64,000 bases of DNA, from IMG/VR virus record IMGVR_UViG_3300027782_000041, one strand, 5' to 3'. Position 1 is the stretch's first letter. Each line of letters begins with the position of its first letter. The translations under genes were made by a program, and so were the position numbers. Origin of the DNA: an uncultured virus (IMG/VR IMGVR_UViG_3300027782_000041) (lineage: Duplodnaviria > Heunggongvirae > Uroviricota > Caudoviricetes). Below the pieces are notes generated by a model, which was given only the letters and a program-made list of their open reading frames with translations, was not told the origin of the DNA and made no database searches. Positions 1 to 12,100 of this stretch are shown in pieces.

Positions 1-1497
1 ATATGCCTGACGAATGATTGTGTCTGTTTGATTCAGCGGATAGCCAGGGGCCAGGCTTGGACTACGACGTGGGTAGTAGAAGAAGTTGTTGGTGTTGGCT
101 TGGAATACCAGTCCAACACCTTCTGTGTTGGAGTTGTTGGTATTTTGTGTGCTCACATACTCATCATTGGCAAGTGGTGTGTCGCTTTGATTCACACCCA
201 CTTGTGGAATTGTGTTGGAGCCTGTGGCATAGAACATACCAGTCATACGAACCATTGGAGATCCTGCTCCTGCGGCTGTTAGTGCAGTGGTGTTGAATTG
301 ACCACGAGCAATAGTTTGAGTACCGTTTACTGCTGTACTGATCACTGTGTGTTGTAACAATTCAACGTTGGCGCTGAGTTTTTGTATCACTGTGCCAGTG
401 ACATAGGCATTGGCAGGAGTGCTGTTGTACCAACCGCGATTGAGTTGAAGTGTGGTTCCATCAGTTACTGACTGAACTTGTGCTATTTCCAAGGTGCTGA
501 CAGGGTAAACAGGGTTGCCAATGGAGATATTGCCGGCTGCACCGTTGGTGTTGTTGGTTTGACGAACAACTGTTAGTGCGTTGCCAGAAACGTTGGTAAC
601 TGCCATTGTTTCATAAGTGTTTGCAGTGTCTGTTAGAACAATAATATAGCTGCCATCCACAATCAACGGAGCGGCTGCCACGTTGGCACAGTTGACTGTT
701 GTGGTTGCGTTACTGGTAATATTGGCAACTGCCACGGTGGTTCCGCCTGTGGTTGGACGACCAATAATCAACACAGTGTCACCGGCCGTAATGCCACTTG
801 ATGTGCTTACTGAGAATGTGCGCTCTGCTGAGCTGTTTATGTTTGCAGTGATAAAGGTACTGGTAAGTGGTGTGACGTTGCCTTGTGTTTGACTGATCAA
901 CAAAGTGTAGTCATTGGCCACCCATTGCGCTGTTCCTGGATTTTGCAATCTAACCGCGGTGTCAACGTTGGATGTGATCAAGTCATCTCCGGCCAACAAC
1001 GAAATATAACCGTTGGTGTTGTAGACTATATCTGCACCAACATCTTCGTAGAAACTGGGAATGTTGTTTGTGGTTGATACTGCTTCCCACTTGGTGTTTT
1101 GCAAACCATATTCAAAGTCAGCATCAATCAGAGATTGTGGATTCGAAACACGTTCACGGCCAATGGCATCCATGCCAAAGTCCCAGGGCATGGTTCGTAG
1201 GTCACGGTCTTCAACGTAAATTGCCAGTTTGTCAGTGGTCAACAACCCAGACGTATTGTAGTTTAGAGTAATTGTGGTCACACCAGCGTAGGCAGCAGGG
1301 AATGTGGCTGTTACTCCAGCCACCCAAGCAACTGATCCGCCCAGTGTGTTGTCAGCGAAGTTGTAGATCGCAGTGTTAGTTGTGGTATCGTAGATAGCCA
1401 GTATGTCAGCCAGGTTGTATCGGTCGGGAACCTTTACAGTACCTAAACCAGCTGTGCCTGGTGTGAACGAATACTCGTATAATCTTTTTCTTGCCAT
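1..1497 (-). CDS. Virion structural / tail-associated protein, 3' end truncated by the window edge
   Basis: Absent from the ORF track, which lists no minus-strand ORF from this ATG, consistent with no stop in the window. ATG at 1497 is 3 nt after the stop of the upstream gene and reads MARKRLYEYSFTPGTAGLGTVKVPDRYNLADILAIYDT. Thr/Ser/Val-rich like its neighbours. Confidence 0.75.
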   Translation of the reverse strand, partial: MARKRLYEYSFTPGTAGLGTVKVPDRYNLADILAIYDTTTNTAIYNFADNTLGGSVAWVAGVTATFPAAYAGVTTITLNYNTSGLLTTDKLAIYVEDRDLRTMPWDFGMDAIGRERVSNPQSLIDADFEYGLQNTKWEAVSTTNNIPSFYEDVGADIVYNTNGYISLLAGDDLITSNVDTAVRLQNPGTAQWVANDYTLLISQTQGNVTPLTSTFITANINSSAERTFSVSTSSGITAGDTVLIIGRPTTGGTTVAVANITSNATTTVNCANVAAAPLIVDGSYIIVLTDTANTYETMAVTNVSGNALTVVRQTNNTNGAAGNISIGNPVYPVSTLEIAQVQSVTDGTTLQLNRGWYNSTPANAYVTGTVIQKLSANVELLQHTVISTAVNGTQTIARGQFNTTALTAAGAGSPMVRMTGMFYATGSNTIPQVGVNQSDTPLANDEYVSTQNTNNSNTEGVGLVFQANTNNFFYYPRRSPSLAPGYPLNQTDTIIRQAY

Positions 1498-1500
1498 CTT

Positions 1501-1893
1501 TTAAACTCCAAAAATAATTTGACCTGCTGTCAAACGTGCTTGTGTATCTGTACCAAACTTTGCGTATGTGATTGCGCCAGTTGCTATTTTGCTTGTGATC
1601 ACTGTGGAATCGCTTGGTGTACCTGTATATAGCGTATCTCCGAACATCAACGCAAAGAACGGTGTGTTGAGTGCAGGTGCTACTGCAAAACTTATGGTGG
1701 CTGCATTTATGCTAAAATCCACCCCAGGATTGAGTACCACACTGTTTAGTGACACCAGCATGGCAAACGCTGTGGGGGGCGAAAAACTAACACCGCCCAC
1801 AGTGATATTGAACAAGGTTGTTACCCCGTTGAATGTCAACGAATCCATTTTGCGATACTGTCCAATTTGCGGTGTGTTGCCTACATAACTCAT
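1501..1893 (-). CDS. Small tail-fibre-associated structural protein
   Basis: 130 aa. N-terminus MSYVGNTP...TFNG resembles that of the 1080-aa fibre (MSYVGLNP...TFSGN). AAGGA SD upstream. Confidence 0.6.
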   Translation of the reverse strand: MSYVGNTPQIGQYRKMDSLTFNGVTTLFNITVGGVSFSPPTAFAMLVSLNSVVLNPGVDFSINAATISFAVAPALNTPFFALMFGDTLYTGTPSDSTVITSKIATGAITYAKFGTDTQARLTAGQIIFGV

Positions 1894-1902
1894 GTTGTTT
1901 CC

Positions 1903-2598
1903 TTAAAGTTTGCCTATGACCACTTCTATAATGCCTGTGGTGCCGTCAAAATCTTCCAGTGCTTTGCCAAGTATTGACCCCATCACAGGTTGGTTACTGG
2001 CCTGTGCATAACCATTGCCCCCAGAAACCATCATGTCTCCTTTGCGTACTGTACCAATTACTCGAGTTGGTACTCTGCCTGCCAAGGCCACTATGGTGGC
2101 ATATTCATGATCGCTGCCAGAATTCATCACGTGTGCTGGATTGGTTGATACTACACCTGCCACACGAGCATCACTAGATATGCTGGACAAAGTTACTTCA
2201 TTCGCACCACCAAAACTCAGCACTGTACCTGGCTCATATGTGGCATCCGCAACATAAAATTCTGCCAAGTCAGCGTATTGTGCGCTGGTTGATTTGGCAA
2301 ACACTGTGTTAAAATACACCGAGGCATTGCCAATGTTGCCAATGCCGTTGCCGCCTGTGTTGGTAACTCCATTTGTGGCAATTGATCCACCAGTTATCAA
2401 GTTACCGCCTGTGATGTTACCTATAGCACTTATAGTTGTGCTGCCGGTTATGGCGCCTGAACTGGCAATTGTGTTGGCTGAAATGTCACCGGCATTGCTG
2501 GTGGTCACTGTCCAAGCACCAATAGCGGTACTGTAGGTGTATATCACACCGTTGACTGTTGTTGTTTGTCCGTTTACTGGAGATACTGGAAATGCCAT
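1903..2598 (-). CDS. Short tail fibre/spike with C-terminal intramolecular-chaperone (peptidase G2-like) domain
   Basis: C-terminal YADLAEFY...GVVSTNPAHVMN...VALAGRVPTRV.G.VRKGD is typical of autocleaving trimerisation chaperones. Start overlaps the upstream stop (TAATG). Confidence 0.7.
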   Translation of the reverse strand: MAFPVSPVNGQTTTVNGVIYTYSTAIGAWTVTTSNAGDISANTIASSGAITGSTTISAIGNITGGNLITGGSIATNGVTNTGGNGIGNIGNASVYFNTVFAKSTSAQYADLAEFYVADATYEPGTVLSFGGANEVTLSSISSDARVAGVVSTNPAHVMNSGSDHEYATIVALAGRVPTRVIGTVRKGDMMVSGGNGYAQASNQPVMGSILGKALEDFDGTTGIIEVVIGKL

Positions 2599-5500
2599 TA
2601 TGTTCGCCCCACTGCTATTTCAATTAGTTCTACATGATCATGTGCAAGATCTTGCAAGCTCTTGCCCACAACACACCCTAGTTCTGCTTTGGCTGGATCG
2701 AATTTTCCAGCTATACCCGAAGCTACGTTTACCAATCTGTCTCCTTTGTTTACAGGACCTTGTACCAAGCAAGGCACACGACCGGCCAAGGCCACTGGTG
2801 TTCCATTGTGTTGTTCGCTGTTCATCAAATAAGCAGGATTGGTTGATACAACACCTGCAATACGAGTATCATGATCAATGTCACTTACTGTGATTTCATT
2901 TGCACCGCCAAATACCACAACGGTGCCTGGCTTGTATACTGCGTCTGCTTGATAGTTTTCTGCCAAGTCAGCGTAGTTTGCTGTAGTTGATACTCCACTG
3001 AATGTTGTGGCAAAAACTGTGTTGAATCTTGTGGCAGTTGCACCAATGTTGCCAACACCGTTTGCGCCAGAATTCAGCAGGCTGTTAACACTAAACGCAC
3101 CACCACTAAAAGTTATATTGGCGGCTGTTAATGTTCCGCCTACTGATAAATTGCCATTGATGGCCAGAGCCGAAATGCTTGTGGGGAAACTTTGATCAAC
3201 CCATTGATTGGTTGTACCATCGTTGATGTACTTGTACAACTTGTCTGTACCAGTAGCATACCATTCATCTCCTGCTACTGCATTGCTCGGTACTGAGGCC
3301 GAAGCAGTGTATTTGTAAACTCTAGCACCGCCTGATATCACGTTACCACCGTAAATGTTGCCAGTAATGCTTAGGCCGCCCGAACTGACCACTGCCACGT
3401 TGGCTGTGCCGTTTACTCCAACTGTGACGTTACCGCCTGAACTGACCACACGCACATTACTTGTACCATTTTGAATACTTGTGGCGTCAATGCCAGTTAG
3501 CTGACTGCCGTTGCCCAAGATATACCCGCCTGTGATGTTGGCAGTTGTGGTAATTGCTGTGATCATGCTCAGGCCTGATACTACGTTGCCACTCAGGCTC
3601 AGGCCTGCGGCATTTAAGTTTCCACCTATAATGTTACCAGAAGCACTTAATGTTGCACCCTGTACCAATGACGTAATAATTGCGTTGCCAGCCGAGACGT
3701 TGGCAATACCGTGTACTGAGTTACCTGTAGAGCTGATAACACCTGCGGTGACAATGTTACCACCTGTGACATTGCCAGAAGCTGAAACACCAGAACTGCC
3801 AGCATTGATTACTCCACTGGTAATTATGTTACCGCCTGTGACGTTGGCTGTGGCTGAAATCTGTCCAGTTGCCAACACTGCACCGCCTGTGATGATGTTG
3901 CCACCAGTTACGTTACCACTCAAGCTAGCGGTAGTACCTGTGTGTGTTGTGGCATTGACGTTGGCCCCACCTAGAATGTTACCGCCAGTGATGTTACCAG
4001 TTGCTGAGATCAAACCGCCGGTGTTGATGTTGCCACCTGTGACATTACCCGTGGCTGATACCTGTGCAGCAGTGGTTAAGTTGCCGGCAATTACGTTGCC
4101 AGATGCGCTGACAAATCCTGTTGTGATTTGACCAGTTGAAGAAAACACCACTACATTGGATACGTTGGCTATGTTAACCGTGGCGTTAGCGTTGGCTGCA
4201 ACAATTTTTATGTTGGACGAGCCGCTAGAAATACCAGTTGTGTCAATGCCAGTTAAGGCTCTACCGTTGCCCAAGAAGAAACTGCCTGTGATATTGCCCG
4301 ATGCAGTTATTTCCAGTCCGCTAGATATAGTACCTGCGGCACTGATTGTGGTTCCTGCCGAAAGGGCTCCGCCGGCAACAATGTCAGTACCTGCGTTGAT
4401 TGTGGTATCTATACTTAGAGAGTTGCCGTATATGGCTCCTGTGGCTGAAACAATGCCGCCTGTTCTTACATTACCGCCTGTGACATTGCCTGTGGCTGTG
4501 ACAAACCCTGCCGTGAGTACATTGCCACCAGTGACGTTGCCACTTGCACTCATTGCGCCAGTGATGTTTGCACCAGCACCTGCTGTGACTGATCCTGCAA
4601 CGCTGAGTAATCCGCCTGCCAACAAGTTACCGGCAGCAATGTTTGCAGCACTGGTAATATTACCAGTGGCACTTGCAATACCTGCTGTGGTTACGTTACC
4701 ACCCACAATGTTTCCAATGGCGCTGATGCCTGTTGTGGCATTTACGTTACCAGTTATGGCCAGGCCAACTGAGCTAGAAACTGTGCTGATTGTTGCACCA
4801 CCAACGTTGATAATGACGTTGCCGTTTAGGGCAGGAACAAACAACCCACTGGTGCCATTTGTGACGTTTGAAACTGTGGTAAGGATACCAGTCAACTGAC
4901 TGCCGTTGCCCAGGAAAAAGTTTCCGCTAACGTTGCCGGTCGCGCTTAGATTGGCCAAGACTAAATCTTGATATCGAAAACTAGCATCTCCGGTGTCAAC
5001 TGTTGTTGTTGGCTTTGTCAATAAGTTGCCAAATAATTTGTATCGGTTATCAGTGATATCACGGAAATAGCCTGTGTATCGATTTGCCACACCGTCGTAA
5101 AATTGAGATACAATACCAGTGTCATATGTGTCACCAGGATTGGAGTTGGCCAAAAAGACAAAAGGATCAGTAACGTCTAGACTATCAGTACCAGTTGTGG
5201 TAAAAGTTCCATTAACTGTGAAGTTGCCAACGCAAGTGATATTCTGTCCAATAGTAGCATTGCCGGCAATCCCGATGCTACCACCAACAACCAGTGCACC
5301 GGTACCAATGTTTGCACTATTTGTAGTGTTAGTGATGGTAACTATACCGCTGGTGTTGATATTGCCAGTGGCGCCGATACCACCAATGACTTGTACTGCA
5401 CCTGTTGTGTTGCTGGTTGAATTTGCATTGCCACTCACTACCAATCGAGCTGTTCCAGCCACTGTGGTTACCACACTGGTAGCATTGGACCAATAAAAAC

Positions 5501-5840
5501 CTGAGTTGTTTGCAGCAACAGAGTACACACTTGGTGCGCCGACTGTGCCAGCGCCAAAGGCGTTGGCTGTTAAATTAAGACTGTTGAGTGCGCCAGCACG
5601 ATAGGTAACAGTAATATTGTTTGTTCCACTTGCCGGGGGCGACTGAAACAGCAAAGAAACGTTTTCAGCTTCATAATCTGTAAACGGACGTTGCAGAGTT
5701 TGATCAATCATAACGTCAAGGTCAGATGCGGATGCAACTGCTCGAGACAAGGTAAATTGATATGCTACCGCATTGCCACTAAACGTTTGTGTGCTAGTGT
5801 TCAGCAGTTGCGTTTGCGGATTTAAGCCAACGTAAGACAT
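2598..5840 (-). CDS. Tail fibre protein (1080 aa) with GNxTGGN repeats and C-terminal intramolecular-chaperone domain
   Basis: Many SATGNVTGGN repeats. C-terminal YADLAENY...GVVSTNPAYLMN...VALAGRVPCLV.GPVNKGD. Confidence 0.75.
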   Translation of the reverse strand: MSYVGLNPQTQLLNTSTQTFSGNAVAYQFTLSRAVASASDLDVMIDQTLQRPFTDYEAENVSLLFQSPPASGTNNITVTYRAGALNSLNLTANAFGAGTVGAPSVYSVAANNSGFYWSNATSVVTTVAGTARLVVSGNANSTSNTTGAVQVIGGIGATGNINTSGIVTITNTTNSANIGTGALVVGGSIGIAGNATIGQNITCVGNFTVNGTFTTTGTDSLDVTDPFVFLANSNPGDTYDTGIVSQFYDGVANRYTGYFRDITDNRYKLFGNLLTKPTTTVDTGDASFRYQDLVLANLSATGNVSGNFFLGNGSQLTGILTTVSNVTNGTSGLFVPALNGNVIINVGGATISTVSSSVGLAITGNVNATTGISAIGNIVGGNVTTAGIASATGNITSAANIAAGNLLAGGLLSVAGSVTAGAGANITGAMSASGNVTGGNVLTAGFVTATGNVTGGNVRTGGIVSATGAIYGNSLSIDTTINAGTDIVAGGALSAGTTISAAGTISSGLEITASGNITGSFFLGNGRALTGIDTTGISSGSSNIKIVAANANATVNIANVSNVVVFSSTGQITTGFVSASGNVIAGNLTTAAQVSATGNVTGGNINTGGLISATGNITGGNILGGANVNATTHTGTTASLSGNVTGGNIITGGAVLATGQISATANVTGGNIITSGVINAGSSGVSASGNVTGGNIVTAGVISSTGNSVHGIANVSAGNAIITSLVQGATLSASGNIIGGNLNAAGLSLSGNVVSGLSMITAITTTANITGGYILGNGSQLTGIDATSIQNGTSNVRVVSSGGNVTVGVNGTANVAVVSSGGLSITGNIYGGNVISGGARVYKYTASASVPSNAVAGDEWYATGTDKLYKYINDGTTNQWVDQSFPTSISALAINGNLSVGGTLTAANITFSGGAFSVNSLLNSGANGVGNIGATATRFNTVFATTFSGVSTTANYADLAENYQADAVYKPGTVVVFGGANEITVSDIDHDTRIAGVVSTNPAYLMNSEQHNGTPVALAGRVPCLVQGPVNKGDRLVNVASGIAGKFDPAKAELGCVVGKSLQDLAHDHVELIEIAVGRT

Positions 5841-6175
5841 TATGTGATTTCCATTATACTCATTACAGCATCAATGCTGGTTGATGCACTGCTTTGAACT
5901 TGCAATTGATCACCTGTGATCAACACGATTTTTTGATCGCCGCCGCCTACTACCAAACTTGATCCTGCCGAAATAGGTGCGTTAACCGATAATCTTGTGG
6001 TTTGAGCCGCATTATCTAAAATAATCACGTTGGCGGCAATTGCGCTTGAAGTCACATTTGTCAACGAAAGTCCAACCACGACTGCGGTAGTACTTGCAGG
6101 AACTGTGTACGTACCAACTGTGGTAGCTGTAGTTCCTACTAGTCTGCTGAGTTTTCTTGTAAAAGTATTTGCCAT
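5840..6175 (-). CDS. Small beta-rich virion structural / fibre connector protein
   Basis: 111 aa (MANTFTRK...VMSIMEIT). Tightly packed between two fibre genes, directly after a fibre ending ALAIALG. Confidence 0.55.
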   Translation of the reverse strand: MANTFTRKLSRLVGTTATTVGTYTVPASTTAVVVGLSLTNVTSSAIAANVIILDNAAQTTRLSVNAPISAGSSLVVGGGDQKIVLITGDQLQVQSSASTSIDAVMSIMEIT

Positions 6176-6178
6176 TTT

Positions 6179-9100
6179 TTATCCTAAAGCTATTGCTAGT
6201 GCTGTTGCGTCCGCTATGGTTGCTGCCAACTGTCCTGCAATATTTATGTTACCTGTAGCCGACACGTTTCCTGCGGTTATGTTACCTGTAGTGGTGATGT
6301 TTGTGATCATATTTAGAGCACTAACCACGTTACCACTCAGGCTCAATCCTGCTGCATTCACGTTGCCGCCAGTAATGTTGCCAGTTGCTGATACCAAACC
6401 GGTAGTACGTAAGTTGCCACCTTGTACATTACCACTTGCACTGACTGTTACACCTTGTACCAGCGTGGTTCCAATCACGTTGCCACCGGTTACATTGCCA
6501 ACCATGCTTACAGTAGTACCAGTAAACAATGTAGCGTTGACGTTAGCACCACCTAATACGTTGCCGCCAGTAATGTTGCCAGTTGCACTTATTAAGCCTG
6601 CTGTGACAATATTACCACCTGTGATGTTACCAGTGGCACTTGCTGTGCCACCTGTGGCTAAGTTGCCACCTGTGATAGTTCCTGTTACTGATACAGTTGT
6701 ACCTGTATGTGTTGTTGCATTGACGTTGGCACCACCTAATATGTTGCCACCTGTGATATTGCCTGTTACTGATACAGTTGTACCTGTATGTGTTGTTGCA
6801 TTGACGTTGGCACCACCTAATATGTTGCCACCTGTGATATTGCCTGTAGCCGATATTAGGCCTGCTGTGTTGATGTTGCCACCAACCACATTGCCTGTGG
6901 CAATCACTGCGGTTGATGATAGCACATTACCAGTTGACACGTTGGCTGTGGCTGCTGTGACTACGTTACCTGTTACACTTGCACTTCCACTGACACTCAA
7001 ATTACCGCCATTGGCTGTGGCCACTGCACCACCAACTGTGAGTGCGTTGGCCGCATAATCATATATCAATCCAGAATCAGCACTAAAACTACCTAGTAGG
7101 TTGAAAATTATTTGACTGTTTGATCCTGGTGCTGCAAGATTACCAATTAGATTACCAATAAAGTTTGGTGCAGTGATGTTGCCAACAGCTGACATTGCAC
7201 CTGCTGCACTGACACTGCCAAGACTGATTACATTACCGCCAGTGATGTTGGCTGTGGCAACCACGGTACCAGTTGCACTAATCAAACCTCCTGTGGTTAT
7301 GTTGCCACCCACAATGTTGCCTGCGGCTGTGATTAAGCCACCAGACACCACGTTACCACCTGTAACATTACCAACTGCGCTGGCATAACCAGTGGCAAAC
7401 ATATTATTGGTACTGACCAAGTTTGGTGAGTTGATATTGCCACCAGTGATGTTGCCTGTGGCACTCAATGATGTTAGTGTGCCAACTGAAGTAATATTGG
7501 TCTGGGCCGCAGTGGTCAGTGTACCGATAATACTGGTACCGGACAAGTTGCCACTGGTGATGTTGCCAGTAACTGCCAACGACGTTAATGTACCAACTGA
7601 GGTAATATTGGTTTGCGCGGCTGTGATCAAAGTACCCGAAATACTGGTACCGTTCAAGTTACCACCGGTGATGTTGCCAGTTACACTTAGATTGGCTCCA
7701 GTGATAACGTTACCTGCACCTTTTGGTGACAGTGTAAGATCGACATTGGCATTGAGCAAGCTCTTTGTGGCAATGATTGCCGATGCATTGTTAGCCGATT
7801 GTATGGTGATATAGTTGTTGCCATATCCTTCAATCTTGAGTCCTGTATTGATACCTTCAGTTACACTGCCCGATCGCTGGAATAATACATTTCCGTTGCC
7901 TTGGCTGGTAAATGTCAATCCTGCTGTGGCTGAACCGTTGGCTTGAATAACTGGGTTAGTAGTATCTCCAGTCATTTCTATTCTGGTAGTGTTGTTTGTT
8001 CCAACAAACACATTCAACCCGGCATTGACATTGGAACCAACTATGTTGCCTGCAGCGGTTACTAACCCTGCTGTGACAATGTTGCCGCCTGTTACGTTAC
8101 CACTCAAACTTGCTGTGGTACCTGTATGTGTGGTAGCGTTAACATTGGCACCACCCATGATGTTGCCGCCAGTGATGTTGCCTGTGGCACTTATTAATCC
8201 TGCTGTGAGTAAGTTGCCGCCTGTGATGTTGCCTGTTACCGGCAATCCAGATATTACGTTGCCACTTAGGCTGATTGAACCTGCATTGACGTTGGCACCA
8301 ACTACGTTGCCTGTGGTGCTGATTTGTCCTGTGCTGATAACATTACCTGCACTGACATTGAAAGTAGCACTAACATTAGATGCTTCTAGTGTGCCAACAA
8401 CAAATGTTCCATATTGACTTACAGATACAACTTCGTTGGCAATACCCACATTGGCCGCTGCAAACAACTTGCCTGCTACATCGTCCCATCCAATAAATGC
8501 CTGTTTCTCTTGTGCAGATTGATAGTAGAACAGATCAATACCGCGACTCTTGCCGTCGTCGGCCACAAGAGGTGTATCGTTAGGACCACGACCCATGGAG
8601 ATGATTGGATCTTGCACTGCCAGGGTTGTGACATTCATGTAGGTCACATTGCCGTTGACAGTGAGACTGCCGTTGATTACTGCGTTGCCTGTAGCACTCA
8701 GGTTTGCAGTTTGTAGCGTACCTGTTGTGACCAAATTACCACCGCTGACATTGCCTTGTACTGTGAGCAATCCTGTGGTAATCAAATTACCACCTGTAAT
8801 GTTACCAGTAGCTGATATCAATCCGCCTGTGAACAAGTTACCGCCGGTAACGTTGCCTGTGGCAACCAAGATGCCAACAGTATTAAAATTAGCACCAACA
8901 ACATTAGCGCCTGCAGATATGATGCCAGGTGTGCTAATATTACCGCCAGCGATGTTACCGGCTGCTGTATATATATTGCCTGTTGCTAACACAGCACCAG
9001 CAGCACTGACTCTACCACCTGTATTAAAGTTACCGCCATCAATATTGCCAGTAGCTTGTACTTGTCCAAGAGTTGCAAAATTACCACCACTTACATTGCC

Positions 9101-12100
9101 TGTGGCCACAACTGCGCCGCTGGTAACAAAAGTTCCAGCAATGACATTACCTGCAACACTGGCTATGCCGCCTGTGACAAGGTTTCCTGCAATTACGTTG
9201 CCAGTTGTACTTTGAAGTCCTGACACAAACACGCCAGTATTGGCAAATACCGCTACGTTCGATGTTCCGCCAATTGAGATGTTGGCATTGCCGCCACTGA
9301 CACCAATGTTGGCTTCACTTGTGCCGTTAATAATTTTTGTGGGTACTCCGCCTGCTATACCGGATAACAAGGCACCATTGCCCAAAATATACTGCCCTGT
9401 GATATTACCAGCTGCTGATATTTGTCCAAGAGTGACCAGGTTGCCGCCAGTAATATTAGCAGTAGCAGTCATGGCCGCTGCGGTTACAGCACCAATTGCA
9501 CTGATTGCTCCTGCACTTACAACATTGCCGCCAATTACGTTGCCGGTAGCACTTATAACTCCAAGTGCAGATACTGCCCCAGCTGTGGTCAAGTTGCCAC
9601 CTGTGATGTTACCAGTGGCTGTGAGTGCGCCCAGTGTGCCCACTGATGTGATGTTGGTTTGTGCCGCTGTGGCCAATGTACCTGTGATATTGGTACCTGA
9701 TAAATTGCCACCAGTGATAGTACCAGTTGCACTTATTAAACCTGCTGTGAGCAAGTTACCACCGGTTACGTTGCCACTTAAAACAGCCGTAGTACCTGTG
9801 TGTGTGGTAGCATTGACATTGGCTCCGCCTAGTATGTTACCACCTGTAATGTTACCTGTTACACTTATTGTTGTGCCAGTAAACAATGTAGCATTGACAT
9901 TGGCACCACCCAGGATGTTGCCGCCAGTTATGTTGCCAGTTGCGCTCAGTGTTACCGCTGTGATAACGTTGGCACCTGTGATGTTGCCAAGAGATCCGCT
10001 GGTGACAATGTTGCCACCTGTGATGTTGCCTGTGGCACTTACTTGTCCAGCAGTTGTGATATTACCACCGGTTACGTTGCCAGTTGCTATAACTTGAGCA
10101 CCTGTATTAAGATTACCACCGGTGATGTTGCCAGTGGCACTTGCGGTACCGCCTGTGGCTAAGTTGCCACCTGTGATCGTTCCTGTTACTGATACTGTAG
10201 CACCTGTGTGTGTGGTAGCATTGACATTGGCACCGCCAAGTATGTTACCACCTGTGATATTGCCTGTGGCTGAAATTACACCAGTTACAAACTGTCCAGT
10301 TGTGGCAAACACTGCTACGTTTGCAGTACCGCCAACTCCAACTGTGACGTTGCCACCAGAACTAACCACGGTCACATTTGATGTTCCGTTATTGATATTA
10401 GATGATGAGGTTGATACGCCGGTCAACAGCGCACCGTTACCTAAGATGTACCCGCCTGTGATATTAGCTGTAGTTGTAATGTTTGCTGCCGAAACCAATG
10501 CACTTACAACGTTACCACTCAAGCTCAATCCTGCGGCATTCACATTGCCACCGGTGATGTTGCCAGTAACAGCTAATGTACCTAATGTACCAACACTTGT
10601 AATGTTAGTTTGTGCGGCTGTGGCCAATGTGCCTGTAATATTGGTACCTGACAGGTTACCACCGGTAATGTTACCAGTAGCCGATACCAATCCACCTGTT
10701 AGTAAATTACCACCTGTTACGTTGCCGCTTAAACTTGCTGTGGCACCTGTGTGTGTTGTGGCGTTGACATTGGCACCACCTAAAATATTACCACCAGTGA
10801 TGTTGCCTGTTACTGATACAGTGGTACCTGTGTGTGTGGTGGCATTGACGTTGGCTCCGCCTAAAATATTACCACCGGTGATGTTGCCAGTAGCACTTAT
10901 CAATCCTGCTGTGGTAATGTTGCCACCTATCACATTGCCTGTGGCGCTGACATTGCCTGTGGCGCTGACTGCACCAACTGTGGTTACATTTCCAGCAATC
11001 ACGTTGCCAGCTGCTGATACCAATCCTGCGGTTCTTAAATTGCTACCTTGAATGTTGCCCAGCACTGTGAACAAGTTTGGTCCAGCAGTATCAAACGTCA
11101 TGCCTGCTACAGCGCCAGCATTGCCAGCATTGTTGAACAATACTTGTGTGTTTGATCCAGGAACAACCAAGTTACCTGTGATGTTGCCTGCAAAGTTACC
11201 AACAAAATAACCTGCTGTTATTATGTTGCCTGCAGAACTTACAGTTCCTGTTGTTGTTAGATTGCCACCTGCTACATTGCCTGTGGCTGTCATTGTGGCT
11301 GGAGCAAATGCACCGCTTACACTTAGATTACCACCTGAAATGTTGGCTGTGGTTGTGATGTTACCAGTTGCGGTAATCAGACCACCAGTAGCAATATTGC
11401 CACCAGTGATGTTACCTGTAGCTGAAACTAGTCCAGCTGTTGTTAAGTTACCACTAGTTGCATTACCAGTAACTGCCAATGCAGTCAATGTACCAATTGA
11501 CGTGATATTTGTTTGCGCGGCTGTGGTCAGTGTACCTGCTATGCTGGTACCTGACAAGTTGCCAGCAGTAATATTACCTGTTCCACTTATTGTTCCGCCG
11601 TTGGGCAGAGTAAGATTACCAGTTATGCCAAAGTTCCATCCATACGCACCAGCATTGGTGTTGATTATAAGTGGTCTATTGGCCGCTGTACTGATTTGCA
11701 TTTCGCCCATGCCGGCATTTTGAATGAATCCAGTGCCTGCTACATCTATGTAAGCTGATGATCCTGATATTTTTAACACACCAGCAGTGGTAATATTACC
11801 ACCTGTGATATTGCCTGTTGCTGAAACTATTCCGGCTGTGGTAACGTTACCGCCAGTGACATTGCCAGCAACACTTATGGTATTGCCATATGTGACTTCT
11901 TTTGAGGTGGCATTGTAAAACATCACATTGCCAATGTTGGCCACATCATTTCTAACAGGAGCCACAGTGAATGTGTTAGCAGTGGTTTGTTCCAGGTTAG
12001 CAGCCGTGGCATTTATAATGATTGAATTATTGCCTTGATTGGTTGCCCCGGCGCCTGCACCAATCGCTACCGCTGCTAGTCCTTGCCCAGTAAGACCGGC

